Positions 1 to 9,277 of a DNA stretch of 20,427 bases are shown here, one piece after another; within the stretch, counting starts at the first letter, position 1, and each line of letters opens with the position of its first letter. The DNA comes from Longimicrobiales bacterium. GTDB taxonomy: Bacteria; Gemmatimonadota; Gemmatimonadetes; Longimicrobiales; Gaopeijiaceae. A model generated the notes under the pieces. The model was not told the DNA's origin, made no database searches, and was given only the letters and a program-made list of their open reading frames with translations. Both the position numbers and the translations under genes were made by a program. Location of the stretch: positions 1 to 20,427 of the forward strand of contig CBDANQ010000038.1 in the NCBI GenBank assembly GCA_965197725.1. The letters run 5' to 3'.

Positions 1-1608
1 GGCCGGTTTCCCACTGGTCGACCCGGCCCTCGCCCATACCGCGGCCCAGCGCGACCTGGTGCAGTCTGCGCTGGACGGGGACGAGGGGGCGGCGGTTCAG
101 CTCGGAGAGATTTCGGAGCCCACGTGCTCATCATCGGCGTGGCCGATTGGGGAGCGCGCCCGGACCCCGTCGACGGCACCCTGATCACCGCGACGAGTGA
201 GGTCTCGATTCGGGCTTTACGCCTCGACCGTGGCCACGTGGTGGCTGCGGCCCAGTCGAGCTCACGCGCCATCGAGGCCACGGAGCAGGCAGCTCGTACC
301 AAGGCGATCCGCCAGGCGACCGCGCGTCTGCTCGAGACGTCACCATTGCTGGGCCAATTGATGAACGACTGGGAGAGCACGCCCTGGGAGGAGCAGGCCT
401 ACTGGCGTCCGGACCCGGGCTCGGTCGGGCAGCAGGTCCAGGAGACCCGCACCGATGCGGGCGTGGCGGCGCCCGGCCTTGCGATCCTCATGGCCGACGT
501 GCGACCGGCGACCGGGGGAGGCCAGACGCGTGGGCTTGGGGTCGTGAAGCGCGGGGAGCGCTCCGCCTCGCTGTTCAACCCGGTCCGGCTCGAGGGCGTG
601 GTCGTGGGAGAGACACGATCGGTGACCGTGGAGGGGAAGCCGGCCAACTTGGAGCCGCTCGACCCGCAGGAGGCCGCCAGCCTGGGTCTGGGCGGCCTGC
701 AGGCACAGCGCTTCTGGGCAGAGACCACCCTCCCGATGTCGCGGGACAGCGTGAAGGTGGTCGCCATCGGCCCCTCCGGAGCGGAGAGCCAGGCTATCGC
801 CGCGCCGCGTGTCGATGAGCGCTGGGCCCGTGGTGATCGGCGTCGGCCAGTACGCGAGCGCCGAGATCCCAGACCTCGAATTCGCGGAGGCCGACGCACG
901 GTCCGTATACGATTTCCTGCGCTCGGACGCGGCCGGCCCGTTCGAGGAAGATCACGTCCTGCTCCTCACCGACGAGAATGCGACCGCCGCGAAGATGCGC
1001 GAGGCTCTCTTCGTCTTCCTCCAGCAGGCCGACTGGGACGACCTCGTCTTCATCTACTACGCGGGTCACGGTGCCCCCGACCCGTCGCGTCCCGACAACC
1101 TCTATCTCCTCCCGCACGACAGCGACATCGACGCGCTCGCTGCCACGGCGTTTCCCATGTGGGACGTCAAGACCGCGTTGAGGCGGCAGATCGCGGCCGA
1201 GGCGCGTGATCGTGATCGCTGACGCGTGCCACTCGGCCGGCACCGCCGACGATGCGACCCGTGGGTGGCTCCGACCAGAACGCGATCGCCGGTAGCTTCG
1301 CCGAGTTGTTCACGCCGTCCCGAAGGCTGATGATGACCGCCGCCGATACGAACGAGTTTTCTCTCGAGGATGCGCGCTGGGGCGGGCACGGGGTGTTCAC
1401 GCACTTCATGCTCGAGGCCCTCGAGGGGAAGGGCGACCTGAACGGCGACGGCATCATCACGTTCGCCGAGACCTACGAGCACGTCTCGCGGAGTGTGGTG
1501 AGCGCTACCCAGGGTAGGCAGAACCCGCAGCGCGCAGGGATCGGAGATGTGCCTTTGGCCGTGGTCGGAGACTCGGGTCCGACCACGGGCATCGGCGGGG
1601 GGCAGTGA
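1..1608 (+). CDS. Caspase-like peptidase C14 family protein with an N-terminal CsgG/FlgT-like alpha/beta region; 5'-truncated by the window and split by 4 single-base indels
   Basis: Joining frames gives ...AAVQLG/DFGAHVLIIGV...APRVDERWA/VVIGVGQY...DLEFAEADA...FIYYAGHG (catalytic His)...RQIAAE/RVIVIADACHSAG (catalytic Cys, codon 1227-1229)/VGGSDQN...GHGVFTHFMLEALEGKGDLNGDGIITFAE...QNPQ. Indels at ~108, ~828, ~1201, ~1259. The N-terminal domain call is tentative. Confidence 0.85.
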
Positions 1609-2174
1609 CCGCCGTTCCCGGGAGTGAAGGCGGCACGGAAGCGCGACCCTCGGTAGATCGTGCCAGTTTCCGCGGACTTCCGCCTACCGTCCGTGACGTC
1701 AAGGGCCGCGTGCGGCACCTGGCCCTGACTGACGAGCTCACCCTCCTGCCCAACCGACTCCACTTCGACGTGACCTATCGCCTGCTTTGGGAGGCGGGGG
1801 GCCGCGGGATCCCGGTCACGATGATCGTCTACGAACTGCCGGGGTTGGCCGCGACCGCACCCGAAGGGCAGCTGAGGGTGGGCGAGCGGATCAACCAGAT
1901 CAGTCGTCAGATGGATATGATCGCTCGGCTGGAGCCCGACCGGGTCGGCGCTATCCTGGTCGACTGCAACGCATTCGGTGGTCTCATTGCCGCGGAGCGC
2001 TTTCAGGCCGAACTGGCCCCCATCCTGACGGATCTCGGGATCGCCTTCGGCGCGGGAATTGCGGCGTGGAAGGATTGGATGACCAATCCCGATGATTTGC
2101 TGGGGGCGGCCGAGGAGGCCGTGCTGTACGCGCGCTCGCAAGGCCGTAATCGCATCGAGATCCACAACTCCTAG
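1605..2174 (+). CDS. Degenerate GGDEF-domain protein
   Basis: ALTDELTLLPNR start motif, FGAGIA strand and AEEAVLYARSQGRNRI end are typical GGDEF. The signature reads RQMDMIARL-EPDRV instead of GG(D/E)EF. GTGA overlap with the caspase stop. Confidence 0.85.
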   Translation: MTAVPGSEGGTEARPSVDRASFRGLPPTVRDVKGRVRHLALTDELTLLPNRLHFDVTYRLLWEAGGRGIPVTMIVYELPGLAATAPEGQLRVGERINQISRQMDMIARLEPDRVGAILVDCNAFGGLIAAERFQAELAPILTDLGIAFGAGIAAWKDWMTNPDDLLGAAEEAVLYARSQGRNRIEIHNS

Positions 2175-2189
2175 CAGCCGATCGGCTGC
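2174..2189. terminator. Perfect 16-bp palindrome between convergent genes, possible bidirectional hairpin
   Basis: GCAGCCGATCGGCTGC directly after the GGDEF stop and 27 bp from the HD-GYP stop; no U-tract. Confidence 0.35.
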
Positions 2190-2215
2190 CGCGTGGGTGA
2201 TCGTGCTCTTGCGTC

Positions 2216-4179
2216 TTACAGCGCGCGCCAGTCCTGCTCAAGCACCTTTCGGTAGACCTCCGACTCGAGCAGAACCTGCACCACGCTCTTGTCGAGCTGG
2301 GCCCGCCTTCCCCTCCATGTCGAGGATGTCGAGCGCCCGCTGCGACGGGAGCGCCTTCTTGTATGGCCGATCCGAGGCGGTGAGCGCGTCGAAGATGTCC
2401 GCCACGGTCATGACCCGCGTCTGCACTGGGATCACGGAGGCGGCGACGCCCCGCGGATAACCGGTTCCGTCCAGCTTCTCGTGATGGCCGTACGCGATGT
2501 CCGCTACCCCGGACAGGTCCTCGATCCAGGGAATCTGATTCAGGAAGTTGTAGGTGTGGGTGACGTGGGACTCGATCTGCTTGCGCTCTCCCCGGATCTA
2601 GGCTCCCCTTGGGGATCGAAAGGAAGTGCAGCTCGTCGTCGGTGATGTAGGGAACCGGCTGACCGCCGAAGTCGGGGAAGGTCGTCGCCGCGATCTCTTC
2701 GAGCACGTCCGCGCTCGCCTCGGGCAGGATGCGGGGCTCGTTCGACTCCCTGATCGCCTGCTGGAAGTGGAGCACGCGCTCGGTGGCGGTCCGGAATTCC
2801 TCCTCCAGGCCTGCCACGAATTCCTCCAGCCCGTCCCTCCCGCGCTCGGCGAGGTAGTCCGCGCGCCGTCGGTGGTACTCCGCCTCCACCGTGCGACGGA
2901 TGAGGTCGAAGCGCGCCTCGATGCGCTCGAGCATGACAGGCGGCAGTTTCTTCGCTTTGATCAACACCTCTTCCCGCACACCGACCTTGCCGAAGTCGTG
3001 CAGTAGGCCCGCGTAGCGCGACTCCTTCATTTGTTCGCGGGTGAAGCTCACGTGCGCGAACGGCCCGGTGCCAACCCGATCGATCACCTCGGCGAGGTCG
3101 CAGGTCAGTGTGGCAACCCGTACCGAGTGACCGGAGGTGGTGGGGTCCCGCTGGTCGATTGCGGTGACGGCTGCCTTGATGAACCCCTCGAACAGGTTCT
3201 CGATGTCCCGGTAGAGCTTGCCGTTCTCGATCGAGACGGCTGCCTGACCCGCGAGGGACTGAACGATCTCGACCTCGCGCTCGCCGTAGGGGAGTACGTG
3301 CGCATCGGTGTCGTCATCGTTGTGGATGACCGCGCGCGGGTCGCGCTTGCGGTTGATCAGTTGAAGCACGCCCACCACCCCGTCGCGATGGTCCTTCATC
3401 GGGACAACGAGTTGCGACTTGGCGCGGTAGCCGTGCTCCTGGTCGAAAGCGCGATTGAACGAGTAGGGGCGGTCCGACGGGATCTCGTAAACGTCGTCGA
3501 TGGTGAGCGGCTCCCCGTGCAACGCCACGTATCCCGAGATGCTGGTGCGATCGAGCGGGAGGGTGAAGTTCGGATCCGGAAGGTCGGGCAGCGTGTCGTT
3601 CTGCGCGCGCAAGAAGTGCAGGGTCTCGTTTCCCTCGGCGTCCTGCTCGACGAGGTACAAACTGCCGGCATCGCTCGTGGTGAGCCGGCGCGCCTGCGTC
3701 AGAATCAGGCTGAGCAACTGCTCAGGGTCACGCTCGCTCATGAGCGCCATGCCGATGCGGTTGAGCTCGCGTAGCTCGCTGGTCAGACGGTCCAGATGGG
3801 ATCGGGTGCGGGTCTGCGCCAGCAGAGCGGCGGAGTGGCGGGCCGCGGAGCGTACGGCGCGCAGGACGGCCTCGTCGCCTGTGAGATCCTCGAGCGAGAG
3901 GAAGAGCCGCCCTGCCTTCTCGCTGACCTCGCGTCCCCCCGCGTCGGCGGCGACCAGCACCACGTGGTCGGGGAGCTGGGCGAGCGCGGACGCCCTGCCG
4001 GCAAGCGCGCCCGAGACGAGCAGCACGGTCGGGGCATCGGTCGCGTCGCCCGGTCCGGGGCCCGCCACCTCGCGCACCTCGGCCCCGCTGCCCAGCACGC
4101 GGAGCGCCGGCGGCACCTTGCCGGGCGCCGCGAGGACCGTGAAGTGTACGCCCGCCCGGGCGGCGTCGCTCGTAGTCAT
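2216..4179 (-). CDS. GAF + HD-GYP metal-dependent phosphodiesterase (2 apparent +1 frameshifts)
   Basis: GAF (SDAGSLYL...[19 protein letters not shown]), [11 protein letters not shown] and [10 protein letters not shown]. After a shift at ~2591 the frame reads [21 protein letters not shown]...[13 protein letters not shown]...[18 protein letters not shown]. After a shift at ~2302 it reads [27 protein letters not shown] (TAA 2216-2218). Confidence 0.92.
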
Positions 4180-5118
4180 CCTCTCAGCAGCGCATCGGCC
4201 TGGTCGAACGCTTCACGGGCCTCGTCTAGTCGGCCTAGGCGATCGAGCACCTCGCCCTTCAAGAGATAAGAGGTCGGCCCCGAGGGGGTCGCCGCCCTGC
4301 TCGAGATCCGAGAGCGCCGCGACCGCGTCGTAGTAGAGCCCGAAGTCCGTGAATACGACGGCGGCCAGGAGCCTGCCCTCGACCAGCGGGTCCAGCCCCA
4401 TCCCGGCGATCGCTTCGATGCTCCACTCGAGCTCCTGGCGCTGCTCGTCACCGATCACCGTGAAGGGCTCTTCACGGGTCGGCCGGCCCCCGAGGGGAGC
4501 GACGGTCCACTGGTACGACCGGCCGGAGAGCAGGGGCGCCTCGCTGTCGGGCAGCGTCCACGCGGTCGCGCCGTCCACCTGGAAGCGGCGTGGTCGCTCA
4601 CCCTCGGTGCGGAGCTGCAGCGTGTAGCCCGCGCCGCCGGCTACCTCCATCCACCTGAAGGTCGGCCGCTGGCGGGTCACCGTGATGCCGTTCCGGGGGG
4701 ACACGAGCACGGGCTCGCCCGGGATCGGCCGAATCATCCCCTGACGGTTGGGTTGGGTGCGCGCGTTCGAGTTGGCGGCCTGAGCGAGCACCCGGACCGT
4801 CCGGGAGAACATGTCGCCCTCCTCCGCGCTGCGGGATGGAGCAGCCACGATGGTGCGCTCGGAGACGACCTGGGTCTGACCGCTCCGATGAACGAGATAT
4901 GCGCGCGCGCCGGTGGCCGGAATCACCTCGTCGCCGACCGTGAGCCGAGTGCCCACCACGGCGGGCGCGGTAGCGCCACCGCTGCGGATGCTCACCTCAC
5001 CCTGGAGCTTCACCACGATGGCCGCGGGCGGACCCGCGGTATCCTGCGCGGCGAGCGGTGGGCGCGCGACCGGCAGCAGCAGTGCTCCGGACAGCAGAAT
5101 CGTCAGTCGCTTGCTCAT
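4176..5118 (-). CDS. Exported protein: signal peptide, FecR-like N-terminus, Ig-like/DUF928-like middle, C-terminal TPR (frameshift ~4268)
   Basis: Signal peptide MSKRLTILLSGALLL...LAAQ; IVVKLQGEVSI...GTRLTVGDEV; LVSPRNG...RPTFRW...SGRSYQWTV. The C-terminus continues in another frame as YLLKGEVLDRLGRLDEAREAFDQA. ATGA overlap with the HD-GYP start. Confidence 0.7.
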
Positions 5119-5154
5119 GTCATGCTCCGTTGGGTCGGGGCCGGCCTCGCCGGC

Positions 5155-7386
5155 CTACTTGACCGTCCTGCGCACCACGAAGTCCCAGTCCGCCGGAGGC
5201 GGATCTGCCACGTTCTCGCGGCACCGCTCCAGATACACGTTACTCGGTCCGTCCTTCGGATCGGCCTCGAGAGCCGCCTCGAAGTAGGTGGCGGCCAGCT
5301 CCCAGTCCCTGCGCTTGTAAGCTACCAGCCCCGAGCCGTAGTGACCCAGGGCCTGCTCGCGGGCCGCAGGCAGCGGCGCATCCGCCAACTCGACGATCTC
5401 GTAGACGGTGACCGGCCGCAGTTTCCCTTTCACCGCGATCAGATCGAGCTCCCGGTAGCGATAGGCCGAGGGGATGGCCGAGTGCATGGTGTTCTCAGAG
5501 GCCATCACCAGCGTGTTGTAGGTCTTGTTCGCGGGCTCGAGGCGCGCGGCCAGGTTTACCGCATCGCCCAGCGCCGAATAGTCGAACCGATCCTTCCCCC
5601 CGACGTTGCCGACCACGACGGTGCCGGTGTTGATCCCAATCCGCACGTCAAGGGTCTCGGCGGCCGGGTCCGACCGTCGCCAGCGGTCGTTCAACTCGTT
5701 CATCTTTCGCTGCATCCGCACGGCGCATCGTAGCGCCCGATCTGCGTGGTCTGGGTAGGGAAGCGGCTCGTTCCAAAAAGCCATGATTGCGTCACCGATG
5801 TACTTGTCGAGGGTGCCGCCCTCCTCAAGCACCAGGTCAGTCATCTCTGACAGATACTCGTTGATCATCGTGATCAGCTCCTGGGGGTCGAGCCGCTCCG
5901 AGAGGTCGGTGAAGCCGGCCAGGTCGGAGAACAGGATGGTCAGCTCGCGCTTGGCACCCCCGAGCTTGAGCGCTTCCGGGTTCTCGGCGATCGCCTGCGC
6001 GACCGCGGGTGAGACGTACTTCCCCAGGGCTCCTTTGATGAAGCGCTTGTCGCGGCCCTCCACGACGGACACGTAGGCGACCGATCCCAGGTAGGAGAGC
6101 CCGATCGCGAGCAGGCAGGTTGCGATCGGCACTACGAGATACGGCTGACCGAGGTCAAGCAGAACCGCCCCTCCCGGAAGGAACAGCTCGCCGACGTACG
6201 CCCAGAATCCCACGCTGAGCACACCGAGGGCGAGCAGAAGGAGCACGACCGCGCCGACTCCGGCGCCTCTCCAGAAAGGCACGACACCTGCGAGCCCCGC
6301 CACCACCACTGCGAGCAGGAGTTGGGCCCACGTGGACATCGGTCGGATGAACTCACCGTCCAGCAGATTCTGGAGGGCGTTTGCGTGCACCTCGACGCCG
6401 TACATCCACCCGAACGGTGCGGCCACCGCGTTTCCCTCGGTGACGGCGGGCGACTGGCTGTAGAACGGGGTACGGAATTTGTCGGAGTCGTGGAAGCCAG
6501 TGCCGAGAAGGACGACCCGGTCCCGGAACGCTTCGGGAAGGAACGTAGCTGTGATGGCAGCGACGCTGCCCGAGTGGGTCTCGAACGTGTTGGTGCGCCC
6601 CTGCTCGAGCTGCGCGACCGAAGGAGGCCCAACGAAGCGTAGGGGATGGGTGATTGCGTAGCTCTGTCCCTCGCGCCAGGGTCCGAGGAAATCGAGCGGG
6701 ATCTTCGCGTAGGAGGCGGGCAGCCCCGGAAGGTCGAGCCGGCCCGACTCCTGAGCCGCGCGTAACAGCGAGTCCGAATCCACGCCCCGAGCGAGGGCCC
6801 AGAGGGCGAGGGCAAACGAGGGCTCCAGGTGGTCTCCCGAACGCACCGCGAGGACGCCGTCCTGAACGGTCTCGAACGGTGTCGGGACCTCGGCCGCCGC
6901 GACCCCCGCCGCAACGTCGGCGAAGTACGAGTGGGGCCGCTCGAGCACGGGACCGTCGTCGCTGGTCACCACCCTCGACACCAGCACGACGTTGCCCGCC
7001 CGCTCGATGGCCGCATGGAGCAGGTCGTCACCACCGTCCATCGCGTTGAGGTCCGGATAGGTGCGGTCGAGGAAGACGTCGAGGCCGATCACCCGGGCAC
7101 CGGCGCCGGAGAGCGCGTCGATCAGCTCCGCGAGGAAGGGACGCGGAAATGGCGAGAGATACGGCCACTCGGAGACCGAGAGCGAGTCGAAGAGCACGAG
7201 CACCACCTCCGCGGCGGCCCCCTGGTCCGCGATCCGACTCCCCGAGGCAGCAGTCTGGCGCCAGCCCAGGAAGGCGCGCTCCGCCCCCTCGATCCCCGTG
7301 AGCGAGCCGTAGCGTTCGGCGATCAGCGCGCCACCCACCGATACGGCGACGATCAGCGCGACCGAGAAGAAGCGGTGATGCTTCAT
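5155..7386 (-). CDS. CHASE2-domain class III adenylate/guanylate cyclase with C-terminal TPR-like tail
   Basis: CHASE2 motifs (PFPR..LAELID, GARVIGLDVFL, RVVLLG, MYGVEVHANALQNLL) and three TM helices. Cyclase motifs ILFSDLAGFT, DKYIGDAIMAFW and RFDYSALGDAVNLAARLE carry the Lys/Asp pair typical of ATP specificity. Confidence 0.95.
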   Translation of the reverse strand: MKHHRFFSVALIVAVSVGGALIAERYGSLTGIEGAERAFLGWRQTAASGSRIADQGAAAEVVLVLFDSLSVSEWPYLSPFPRPFLAELIDALSGAGARVIGLDVFLDRTYPDLNAMDGGDDLLHAAIERAGNVVLVSRVVTSDDGPVLERPHSYFADVAAGVAAAEVPTPFETVQDGVLAVRSGDHLEPSFALALWALARGVDSDSLLRAAQESGRLDLPGLPASYAKIPLDFLGPWREGQSYAITHPLRFVGPPSVAQLEQGRTNTFETHSGSVAAITATFLPEAFRDRVVLLGTGFHDSDKFRTPFYSQSPAVTEGNAVAAPFGWMYGVEVHANALQNLLDGEFIRPMSTWAQLLLAVVVAGLAGVVPFWRGAGVGAVVLLLLALGVLSVGFWAYVGELFLPGGAVLLDLGQPYLVVPIATCLLAIGLSYLGSVAYVSVVEGRDKRFIKGALGKYVSPAVAQAIAENPEALKLGGAKRELTILFSDLAGFTDLSERLDPQELITMINEYLSEMTDLVLEEGGTLDKYIGDAIMAFWNEPLPYPDHADRALRCAVRMQRKMNELNDRWRRSDPAAETLDVRIGINTGTVVVGNVGGKDRFDYSALGDAVNLAARLEPANKTYNTLVMASENTMHSAIPSAYRYRELDLIAVKGKLRPVTVYEIVELADAPLPAAREQALGHYGSGLVAYKRRDWELAATYFEAALEADPKDGPSNVYLERCRENVADPPPADWDFVVRRTVK

Positions 7387-7430
7387 TACGGGGGAAGCGT
7401 CCTCCGACCCGGTGGCCGGAGGGGGGCTCC

Positions 7431-9266
7431 TCAGCGGGTGATGTCGTACACCAGGGACGCCGTTCCCCAGTTGTCCAGGCGCACGGCTTCCGCCACTCGA
7501 TCGGCGAGCAGCACATCGCCGGTGACGAACCCCTCGGGGTCGATCGGCAAGTCGAGGGGGGTCGGGGTCAGGAAGGCGCGCACCATGCCTCGACCCGCCG
7601 GCTCCTGAGCCTCGATGTCGAAGCCCATCGCCTCGGACGGGAAGGTGAAGGTGGTATTCGCACCGATCCGATTGTCCCGGTGAAAAGCGTTCGGGAAGAG
7701 CACCGTGACCTTGTCGTCGGTGCCGAGATCCACGACGGTCAGGTAGCCCTCGCGCTCGGACGACGCCTGGAACTTCACAAGCTCGCCAAGCCCAAAGCCG
7801 CCGCAGTTCCCTTCGATCCAGACGCGCACGTCGAATCTCTGGCCCATGTTGTCCATTTCCACGAGCCGCTTGGTGGCGGCCTCGCCGTTGAGCGCCGCGG
7901 CGATGTCGGCGGCGGCGGTCGCTCCGGCCTGGAAGCCCTTTCGCGGGAAGCCGTCTAGCCCGTAGATGCGCACCTCGGTCCCGCGGCGTCTGAGAAACAG
8001 GTCGGCGTAGCCGTTCTCCTCTTGGATGAGAAGGACTCGTGGCGTTCCGGACAGTGCTTGCCGGACACCCTCGGCGGCCTCGCTGTCCACGCCCGCAACG
8101 TTCACGCGAAGAACCGTTTCGGGTTGGCGGTAGCCCACCAGTCGCGCTCTGGCTCCCGACGACGGGGTCCCCCTCAGCACGCGCGTCGTGGTGCGGTCGC
8201 GGCTGACCGATTCGACCACCAGCCGGGCTCCCTCGTCCGTGTCGAGGACCGAGCCGGCGGTGAGTCCGAGCACCTGGCCCGCACCCAGCTCGGCCACGCC
8301 GTCGCGGACGCGAAGTACGGGAATGAAGCCACGGTCGGAGCCACCGGCGCCCGCGAACAGCACGGTCGCGCGGAGCGGCACGTCGTCCGAGATGTGCGGG
8401 TCCTGTTGGAAGCGATGACTCTTCAGGGACTCGCGGACCGCTAGGAACACGTCCTCGTAGGTCGAGGTCGCGGGCGCCTTCCAGAGCTGCTGCACCAGAT
8501 ATGTGGTGAAGGCACCACCGTAGAACGACTCGGCCCCTTCGACGCCCTGGAAGAAGGCGTCCACCGCCGCCTGGTCGGGTTGCGCGGCGGCCAGCTCGAG
8601 CACGTCGCCCTCGTCGATGTCGAACCCGCTCTGGTCCTCCGCGGCGCCCGGGAGCGCGCGTCGGCCCTGCGCGTTCGGCAGCGTGCTCGGATCACGGGCG
8701 AGCTTGCGCGCTCGAGAGAACGGCGTGACGGCTCGGGTGCCCGTACCCGCGTTGCAGTTGTCGTGCACGTACACGACGTTCTCGGTCGACAGCGCCCGCA
8801 GCCACTCCCCCAGCACGTCGTCCGTGATGTCCAGCTCGGGAGAGGTGGGGCTCACGTCGGCGGGCGCGATGGTCTCGTCGAGCCCGTCCTCCTCGTCGCC
8901 GTTCTCGTCCCAGACCTGCGAGCCATGGCCCGCGAAGTAGACGACCACGTTGTCGCCGGGCTGCACGCTGCCCCCGAGCCAGCCGGTGATCTCGTTCTCG
9001 ATGGTGGCCCGTGTGGCCTCGCCGTTTAACAGCAGGCGCACGTTCTCGGGTGCGAACCCCCAGCGTGCGACCAGCACGTCGCGGATGGCACGAGCGTCGT
9101 GCTCCGCTCCGGGAAGATCGCCGCCCTCGACGTCCTCGAAGTGGACGTAGTCACTGACGACGATCACGAGCGCCCACTGGGTGGGTGCCGCAGGTCGTGC
9201 TGCCGACTCGAATGCGAGCAGTGGCAGCACGGCGGCGATTGCGGCGAGCGGTCCGTAGCGCTTCAC
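7431..9266 (-). CDS. Exported caspase-like peptidase C14 with C-terminal DUF4384-like domain
   Basis: GTG start with GGAGGG RBS; signal-like N-terminus; WALVIVVSDY, DLPGAEHDA, YFAGHGSQ (His), DEEDGLDETI, HDNCNAG (Cys), GGAFTTYL. The C-terminal GELVKF...GYLTVVDLGTDDKVTVLFPN resembles DUF4384. Confidence 0.9.
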   Translation of the reverse strand: MKRYGPLAAIAAVLPLLAFESAARPAAPTQWALVIVVSDYVHFEDVEGGDLPGAEHDARAIRDVLVARWGFAPENVRLLLNGEATRATIENEITGWLGGSVQPGDNVVVYFAGHGSQVWDENGDEEDGLDETIAPADVSPTSPELDITDDVLGEWLRALSTENVVYVHDNCNAGTGTRAVTPFSRARKLARDPSTLPNAQGRRALPGAAEDQSGFDIDEGDVLELAAAQPDQAAVDAFFQGVEGAESFYGGAFTTYLVQQLWKAPATSTYEDVFLAVRESLKSHRFQQDPHISDDVPLRATVLFAGAGGSDRGFIPVLRVRDGVAELGAGQVLGLTAGSVLDTDEGARLVVESVSRDRTTTRVLRGTPSSGARARLVGYRQPETVLRVNVAGVDSEAAEGVRQALSGTPRVLLIQEENGYADLFLRRRGTEVRIYGLDGFPRKGFQAGATAAADIAAALNGEAATKRLVEMDNMGQRFDVRVWIEGNCGGFGLGELVKFQASSEREGYLTVVDLGTDDKVTVLFPNAFHRDNRIGANTTFTFPSEAMGFDIEAQEPAGRGMVRAFLTPTPLDLPIDPEGFVTGDVLLADRVAEAVRLDNWGTASLVYDITR

Positions 9267-9277
9267 GTTGGTCCCTC

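Noticed and set aside
100..4275. Programmed frameshifting or phase variation in the caspase, HD-GYP and TPR genes
   Set aside because: The runs are only 2-4 nt, there are no slippery heptamers, and there are too many shifts per gene. Sequencing error is more parsimonious.
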